Positions 55,525-64,000 of a DNA stretch of 64,000 nt are shown here, piece after piece. The notes below the pieces were generated by a model that had not been told where the DNA came from, did not search any database, and worked only from the letters and a program-made list of their open reading frames with translations. Source of the DNA: Chrysomallon squamiferum (lineage: Eukaryota > Animalia > Mollusca). Position 1 is the first letter of the stretch; each line of letters begins with the position of its first letter. The translations under genes were made by a program, and so were the position numbers. The stretch lies in contig CM022678.1 in assembly GCA_012295275.1 (NCBI GenBank), forward strand, positions 2,356,001 to 2,420,000. The letters run 5' to 3'.

Positions 55525-57300
55525 ACCAGTCGGTGTATGACTGTTTGTTTCTGATGTTTTCATCAGAGTTTCCAAAGAAAGCAGCAAAGTTGCTACAAGA
55601 GTCTTCTTGACAGTGATTCAAAGTGTCTTTCTAGTTGAATTTGGAAGTTGAAGAAAATTGTTGGCAATGAGTGTATTGTGAATGGACTAAGAACATTGTC
55701 AATATTTTTCACATCAGATCTGTGTAAAATGAAACTAATATATCTGAAAAACAAAGATATTTAGGATATTTCTTGTTTGTTTGGTGATGAAGATATTGTG
55801 AGAATGTTTCTAAAATCAGGTGTTGTTCTAACATTTGATACATTCAGTGCAGCTGCTTGTTGAAAAACAGACAGTGCTATCATACTCAAAGAACTGTTAC
55901 AGTATAAAAAGGAATTTGGAGAGCGTTTGTCGTAGATGAGCTTCACTACAGTTTGCTCTGATTAGCAGGTGCTTTTCCTTTTTCTACTGACTGACTAATT
56001 TACTCTGTGTTCTCACTTGATACTGTTGCTATTTGTTCAGGTAACTTGAAAACTGCTTGTCTGTTGGCTGACATGATAAACAATGAGAAACATAACAGTG
56101 TAATCATGGAAACAACTGTTAAATTGTTATTGATTATGTTCCATTGACAAGAAGACGTAAATCAAGTTGCATGCATTTTGAAAACACAAAGACTTTTAAA
56201 TTTCTTGATGTAGCCATCTTTTTAATAAACTGGTTACATTATTATAATAAACACAGTTACAGACATTTCTATCATTGCTACTGGTCAGAGTACTTCAAAT
56301 GTTATAAAAGAAATAGTGAAACTGAAACCTGATTGTTTAAATGATAAGAACAGAGATAAAATACTTTTAGCAGCAGCTATATGGGAATCTACTGATACAG
56401 TGAATTTTCTCATTGAACAGAGATATAATCAAACAGATGAGAACAACCAGAAGAACTGTGAAAAACTAAAGTAGCAGTGATGTTTAACAGTGCAGATGTT
56501 GTTCAGTGTCTTCTTGATAAAGGAGCTCATCTTAATCTGAATGTTGCTGTTAACCAGAAACTGGTTCAGATCTTTGAATAGCAAGTTAGACTAAAATTTT
56601 CTCTGATGAGAAAACTAGATTTCAACTGTTCTGTGATCAAAAATAATAGATTTGTATTGTTCTCTGATGTTAACAAGATTTAAACTGTTCTGTGATCACA
56701 AAACTGCATTTAAACTGCTTTCTGATGAAAAAAATAGATTTGAACTGTTATCTGATAACCAAACAGCATTTGAAACGTTTTCTGATCACAAAACAAGATT
56801 TGAACTGTTGTCTGGTCACAAAATTAGATGTGAACTGTTGTCTGGTCACAAAGTGAACTGTTGTCTGGTCACAAAATTAGATGTGAACTGCTCTCTAAAG
56901 ACAAAATTAAATTTGAAGTGTTGGCTGATGGCAAAGCTAGATATGAACGGTTCTCTGACGAAAATCAAGATTTAAACAGTTGTCTGATCACAAAGCTAAA
57001 TTTTAACTGTTCTGTGACATCAAATCTAGATTTAATTATTCTCTGATGAAGAAACGTGATTTGAATTGTTGAGTGATCAGAAAATCCTATTTGATCTGTT
57101 CTCTGAACGCAAAACACAACTGAAATTGTTCTCTGGTGGAAAATCCATCTTGAGAACTGTTGGCTGATCATAAAACTAAAAAGTAATTTTGTAAATACTG
57201 GAATATAGATCCGATCTTAATGTAAGAAACAATGATAACAATTCTGTTTTACATCTAGCAGCTAACTGTGGAAAATTAAAACTTGTGAAAGCTTTGGTTA
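55525..57300 (+). pseudogene. Decayed type-B fragment (post-NTPase helical region, decapeptide repeat, last ankyrin repeat)
   Basis: IYQSVYDCLFLMFSSEFPKKAAKLL, DISCLFGDEDIVRMFLKSGVV, NRDKILLAAAIWES and NSVLHLAANCGKLKLVKAL, with stops and frameshifts. Confidence 0.85.
56590..57180 (+). repeat. 30-bp coding-type tandem repeat (consensus about KTRFELLSDH), about 20 diverged copies
   Basis: Unit aaaactagatttgaactgttctctgatcac. ORF 56652 reads FKLFCDHKTA FKLLSDEKNR FELLSDNQTA FETFSDHKTR FELLSGHKIR. Confidence 0.85.
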
Positions 57301-58254
57301 AACTCCTCTTCATAAAGTTTGAATAATATATCTAAAAATTGATTAATCATTATTTTGAGCAATGTATTTGTTTTTAAATTACATTGAATGCTTGTCTTGC
57401 ATAAATATTTTGTTTCTTTTGCTTCTGATGATTTTCTTCCCTTGCAGAAATAAGTTATTGGAATTTTATTGTGTTTTTTGTTGTTGTTGTTGTTGTTGTT
57501 GTTTTGTTTAGTTTTTAGTTGTTGTTGTTATTGTTGTTATCATCAAATAATGTAGAATGTGAATTTAATAGATGTGAGGTAGTTTGTTTAATTGCTTTCG
57601 AATGATTCTTATGAATGAGAGAATGAAGTAAATTTAAAATGTTTATTTCATTTCTGTCTTCATTCGAAACACGATGTTATTATCTGTTATAATCGTTGAT
57701 GTAGTCCAACCCGCTGTCCCGCTCTGTTGCTTTCTGACTTCGTATTGAAACCAGTTTTCAGAAACATGATATATTAAAACATTCAGTGACGTCACAGGGT
57801 AACCAGAGTAATACACTGTATTGAAATAAACGGGTGACCTAGAACGAACTGCAGCTAGAAGTACAGAGACAAGTTTAAACATGAGATATCTGCGTGTTAG
57901 TCTTGTTAACATTACAGGTATATATTTATATGTCGATTTTCTTCAAACTGACTGATTTAACAGGAAATCAAATTAGTTGTTGTTTATCTTGGTTTTTAGA
58001 TAATTTTATTAACCAAAAATCAACTGTCCTTTTATATATAATTTACGACACACACAAAATATAACTCTGGATAAACACACAGATATTTCATGTTTAACCT
58101 TGTATGTGTGTGTGTGTGTGTATCTATATCTATCTATCTATCTATCTATCTAATTATCTAGAATTTTATTAGACAATATCAGTTCTTATTGACACAGGTT
58201 CACTTTAAAGTGGAAAAGACACGGTTGTGCATACTGACAAAACACAAAGTAAAT

Positions 58255-60053
58255 TATTGTTATATTCAGTGTTAAAATTATATACATATCAAATATTTTA
58301 CCTGAAGCTGGCACATGATTTTAGCTGAAGAATAAATAAATAAATAAATAGAAAAAGAAGAAAAAACATCAAATATTCAAATGAACCTAGATACTAGGCC
58401 ACGGCTTGCTCACACCATGGACTCTCCTGGACTTGTTGTCAAGACAACAAGGTAAATACAATGTACCCGAAATATGCTGTTTGCTTAGAACGACCGACCC
58501 CATGATCACAAGAGATCTGCGTTTTACTGACGTGAATCAAAGTTATTTATAGATAATTGTAATCTGATGAAAGGAGAAGAAAGAAGGAAAAAAAAGAAAT
58601 GAAAGGTAGTGTTGTGTTCAGCATGGTAGTTCTTCATGTTAGCAGCGAAATATCAATAAAGAAATAAAGAAAGGAAAAAGAAAAAAAGAAAGAAAAAAGA
58701 TAGAACAAATGAAAGAAAGAAAGAAGAAAGGAAGAAAGGAAAGAAACCGAAACAAATAAAATGTATCGGTAACTAATAGATTATATTTTTGTTTACTTAG
58801 TTTCAAAATTAATTATGAGAGATCTGCATGTTAGTCACGTGACTTATTATTGTTTTATGTGGAAATTTATAACAAGACAAACAAAAAGAAATTCAAATTA
58901 AATTAAATTAAATTAATAAAAACAAAATATATATAAATAAGTTAATATGAAACTTAGAGTTGGATGAAAGTATATAAAATAAAACTATATTTAAGAGTTA
59001 GTCTACTCAAGAGGACTGAATGAAGTTTAAACGTTAGTGTGATTGAGAAATCAAATTAAATAATTAAACAAACAATGTCTGCCCTAACTTCTCTATCACG
59101 AAACCAGAGTAGACCTCCTTGCTGGATGTACAACATAAATCTTACTAATAATAATATGTGTGTGTGTGTGAGTGCGTGCGTGTGTGTGTGTATGTGTGTG
59201 TGTTGTAACTCTATTAGCCGTGACATGACATAGTGAATTTAAAATAATTAACATTCAATCACTATTTTTAATAACGATTTTATTTACTGTAAGAAAAAAC
59301 GATATATTACACACACTTGTACACTGCACATATCTTTCTGAGCAAGTATTCAAACTAGTTTATATTTAGAACTGATTTGTAATCATACAGATATCGTCAC
59401 ACAGTAACAGACTACGTGCACACCTGTGTAGTGTTGTCTTACAAAAATTCACGGACCGAGCAGACAGCGTAGAATTAGTGACAATTCGTTAGTTGACAAG
59501 ATTCGAGTTTTCCTTCGAGTTCTACTACAGGTAGGCAAAACTTAAACTGTACCGTTTTTAGAAGTGACTGTTGATTGTTTATTTAAATTTTAATACTTAA
59601 AATTTTCAATGGCGATTCTGCACACTACCATCCGACACTCGGCTTTTGTTTCAGATTTCATTTAAAAACAATTATGAACTAATAAAATTACAATATTTCT
59701 ATCATCTAATTAACTAATTGCATTGTTGTAGTACTTCGTATCTGTTAATGCGCGCACTGATATTACTGAATAAAAAGTATGGTATATTTAATGTATGGAT
59801 GCCGGAAGTAGGCCTGAAACTAGTTTCGTTTCCAAATGCTGTGATCGAATTTTTCTGCCTTGAACGTCAGTGACTGTCTTTGCGCTGTATTAACTTGCCG
59901 TAGTTTTAGAAACGCATGAACAGGGCAGCAGTGAGGGTTCAGTTATAACGTATTGTTCTATTCAGTGTTAAAATTATATACATATCAAATATTTTATCTG
60001 AAACCAGAACATAATTTAACTGAAGAATAAATAAAGAAAGAAAGAAATAAATA

Positions 60054-60089
<36 letters not shown>

Positions 60090-60770
60090 AAGAAGCAGAA
60101 ACAACTTGAATTTGTCGGCCATTATTAGATAAGATGACAGGAGTATTAAACTTGAGTTTGTTTGTTTGTTTACTTACTTTCCAAATTAATTATAAGAGAT
60201 CTGCACTTTAGTCACGTGACTTTTATTATTATTTTATGCAGAAGATCAAAAATACAAATAAATAAAATAAAATAAAATAAAACTCAAATGAAATGAAATG
60301 AAATAAAAATTAATAAATAAATAACGCCTGCCCTAACTTCTCAACACGAAAACTGAATAGTCTTGTTTGCAGGATGTACAAAATACATCTTACTAACGAT
60401 AATAATAATTGCGTGTATGTGTGTGTTGTAAATCTATTAGCCGTGACATAACATAGTGAATTTAAAATAATTAACATTCAATCACTACTTTTAATAACGA
60501 TTTTATTTACTGTAAGAAAAAACGATGTATTACACACACTTGTACACTGCACATATCTTTCTGAGCAAGTATTCAAATTAGTTTACATTAAGAACTGATT
60601 TGTAAACATAAGATATCGTCACACAGTAACAGACTACGTGCACACCTGTGTAGTGTTGTCTTACAAAAATTCACTGACCGAGCAGACAGCGTAGAATTTA
60701 CGACAATTTGTTAGTTGACAAGATTCGAGTTTTACTTCGATTTCTACTACAGGTAGGCAAAACTTAAACT
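58255..60770 (+). repeat. Tandemly duplicated upstream-flank segment, also at 45.2-46.4 kb and more diverged at 6.2-7.2 and 33.1-34.3 kb
   Basis: 59205-59947 is nearly identical to 45680-46420, and 59946-60770 is nearly identical to 45232-46020. Confidence 0.85.
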
Positions 60771-63685
60771 AATATTTTATGCGATCCCGGACTCTGACAT
60801 CCGAAATTCGGCTTTCTTTTGGGTTTTCATTTTAAAAACATTTTTATTTTAATTTCATGTGTATTGATTTGGTATAATCTTAATTTAATATTGAACTGTG
60901 ATGTAAAATGTTTAAGGATATTTCTTTCTAAGTAATAATATGAACAGTAAATAAATAAAATCATTTTTGACTAAATAAAGGAAGAACATTTTATATATAA
61001 CGGATTCTCAAAAGCTGAAATGTACTGATGGTTACCTACTTTACCATGATCAAATTGAACCAACCTTTTCATTTTACATAACGATTTTTCGTGAGATCGT
61101 GAAGCAAACAAAAGCATTCAAACAATTTTAAAGTGCGTCTCTGCTATTAATTGCTACCCAAAACAATTGGTGACACATTGGTAGTTTTTTCCATGAAAAT
61201 GAAGTGATACATTTTTTGTCGTTCTTTTTACCTTTGTCGAGTTCTTGTATTCGGCACTCGGTCATGCGATTCAGGTCATCACGAAGAGAAATTTTGCAGT
61301 GTCACAATTCGGTGAAAAAATGAATAAATTACTATTACATGTGTATCAGTGTTGTTGCCTCTGAATAATAGTTCGTTTGCATTTTTAATTTTAAATATTT
61401 AGAGACTTATATAGCCTTAGTGGACTTTTTTTTAAATTTCTGTCGACAAATTCTCGTCACTTCGTCAAGTCCAAGAAAAGTCAAATCCTGAAAAAGCTAT
61501 TAAATACTACGAAGTGCTGATCAAAGTTTTTTTATTATCATACGATCAGAAAGTAGTCCGCTTAAGTTCGATGACAACAAAGGCGAAATAATGACATTAT
61601 AAGCAATTTATTACTTTCGTCATCGAACTGAAAAAATCACGTCCGAGCTGTTAAAAGTTCAAGTTTCGTCCATTTTCAAACAAATATGTGGAAAAAAAGA
61701 TCATTATCTGTTCTTTTAAACGGTGTTGTTGTTCTTGTTGTATGTTTAGTCAGTTCTTTGTACGAGAGTGTTGAGCGCGGTGGGGGTAAACGCACTTCGG
61801 CGCCCGTGGTCAGCCATTAACAACGTGGAGTAAAAGTCCTAAAATAGTGTCGCTCTACAAACGCCTGGCTTAACAATTCGAAAGTGCTTCAGTGTTCGTT
61901 TCACATCTTTCTAACATCTTTGTGATTGTCGTCGCTGTTATATCAACTCTTGTGTTAAAAAAGGTATCTTTTCTAGCCTTCAACAAAAAGAAAAAAAAGA
62001 AAGGGCTGAAAATAAAACCTATAAACTCATAATCAAATGAGAGCTTATTCAGTTACCTTTCCAACAATGTGCATTTGACGTAGAACAGCTCCGCATTTGA
62101 AAGTAATGCGTTTATAGCGAAATCGCCATTACTTTCGTTTTCTTCAGAGTTTTTGGTACAACTAGAAAGGATTGGCATCGTTTAAAATTATTATATTTAT
62201 ATATTGTTTATATTTTTAATAACTTGTTGGCTGGCTGTATGTTTTTCTTCACTGTTTCTACTTTTAACGTACACATTGTAGCATGTGCGTAGCGAAATCA
62301 CCGTAAATAATTTCCTACCGGGCCAAATCGCCGTAGATTTTATGTGCAACTAAAAAGGACTGGCGCTATTTAAAATGATATTTCTATGTTGATTATATTT
62401 TTAATAGCTTGTACGATGCTTGTTTAATTATATGTTCTGACTCTTAATGTATATAATATAAATACGTCCTGAAATAAACGAATTAACTTTGTGTTTTGCC
62501 GATTACTATCACTTCCGTTCTAAGTCAGGCGATTGTTTTGCTTTCAAAATTCTTGCGATAAACGGCGAATTAAGAATGTATTCAGAGGTACTGATAGAAT
62601 GCTGAATAAAAAACCAAACACTTCTTTTAATATCATAAAATCATAAATTGATCAGCTGTAAAACAGATTATGTTTGCTTTTTGATGAGCTCCATCACAGA
62701 AAATTTCACCAATAGTCCGATGATAGGTAACTTTTGTTTGCAGTCAAATCGCAGCAAGTTCAAAGATAAGAAAATTATTTTATGTCTGCTTCATATGGCA
62801 GACGTATCACATCTGTGCCTTGAATTGCTTCTGGTGTCATTATTGTACACAATTGCCTCCAATTAGTACCTACAATACCTTTCTGAAGTAGACTCCAAGG
62901 ATTAGCTGAGTTTAGATATTGCAGAGGATTATAGTTAAATGTCAGATGCTGGTAGCTGTTTAAATAACATTTATATAAACTGTATTTGTGAAATGTAAAA
63001 ACTTGGTTTTGTAATTCCTTTCCTTAACGTAAAACCAAAAAATTAGAAAGATCCTGACTGGATGTTATCAGTGACATGACATTTTCCTTCCAAATCAACA
63101 ATAAAAGAATATTGATTACATTTTTTTCTCTCTCTCTCTTTCAAATGGTTAAAGTAGCCTATCTGACTAAGTTATCTGTTCCAGTTATTAAAACATTTTG
63201 TTTTACTTCCTTTCATCTCATCAGTCACATCCATTGACACAGGATTTTTTTTTATGATTTTTTTTTTTTTTTTTAGGTAACATCAACACATGGTCTCAAA
63301 CTATCTTCTAGTTCTTTAATTTATTAAAAAATAAAAGTAAGAAAAATAATTTTCAAAACAGTACCTTTCTGTCATACGTCAAGGCTCAGCTTCTATGAAT
63401 GGGTCATTATATATATATATATTTCTGGATTTAAAATTTTAATATGGAATTTCAACTCATTAAAATTATTATTGACAACGTCATGAAAGATTCACATTAG
63501 CGAAGTATTAAATTTATCGACTTCATTACACGAAAATGTAATTACTTATTAGATTACATCCCTACGATGAATTATACCAAAAAATAAATACTGCGAGGCA
63601 AATAATTTTGTAAACATTCAGAATGAAATGTTTATTATTAATGTTTTCGCTGTTGCTAATATCGAAACTAGACTGTTACTCACGA

Positions 63686-63756
63686 TTTCCGGTATAAACC
63701 GCAGCACGGTTTACATTTTACGTGAAGGAACAGAACGTCGTCATTTAAAATGGCGG
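63686..63756 (+). promoter_or_regulatory. Paralog of the B1 promoter block; probable start of another family member beyond the window
   Basis: TTTCCGG 63686-63692 and AAAATGGCGG 63747-63756, with flanks alignable to 7570-7900. Confidence 0.5.
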
Positions 63757-64000
63757 AATGTTACATTAGAAAATGAAAAACAAAAAAATAATAATAATTG
63801 AAGTTCTTTTCGAAACTCAAAGATTAAATGTTAATTGTTCAATCCACCGAAAGAAATTCAATGCTGGTTTATAAAAAGTCAGAGATCAGGAATTATTTTA
63901 TGCTGTCAATATATTTTCAAGGTAAGAGTTCGCTGATCCCAAGATATTTTCCGTTGATTGACGACTTCTCATGCAAGAACAAGTGAACGATGCTATGTCA

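Noticed and set aside
61000-62640. CpG-richer insertion with DNA-transposon-like internal sequence
   Set aside because: I could not define TIRs, a TSD or coding motifs by eye; it needs a repeat-library search.
62640-62940. Minus-strand VGTNWRQLCTIM resembling a death-domain helix, and IFCDGA resembling RNase H
   Set aside because: Short isolated matches in different frames, interrupted by stops; more likely an old repeat remnant.

Overview
AT-rich, intron-containing, microsatellite-rich animal DNA (mollusc-like by inference). The window is a tandem, all-plus-strand birth-and-death cluster of NLR-like genes with two architectures. Type B is an N-terminal RHIM/cRHIM-like motif, a STAND P-loop NTPase (nSTAND3-type motifs), a helical region and ankyrin repeats (B1 ~7.8-14.9 kb, B2 ~34.7-38.5 kb; both carry lesions). 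Type A is the same RHIM-like N-terminus spliced directly to ankyrin repeats with no NTPase (A1 ~1.0-3.7 kb, A2 ~48.7-52.5 kb; both splice into open frames). Further broken copies lie at ~4.5, 29.4, 42.3 and 55.5 kb. The RHIM-like motifs sit on small phase-1/phase-1 exons that the ORF track mostly misses. An intact FAM167-family terminal exon (27346-27603), also absent from the ORF track, lies in the middle of the cluster. Also present: Tc1/mariner and LINE remnants, minisatellites, and many microhomology-flanked deletions. All domain calls come from reading motifs by eye; no database searches were run.
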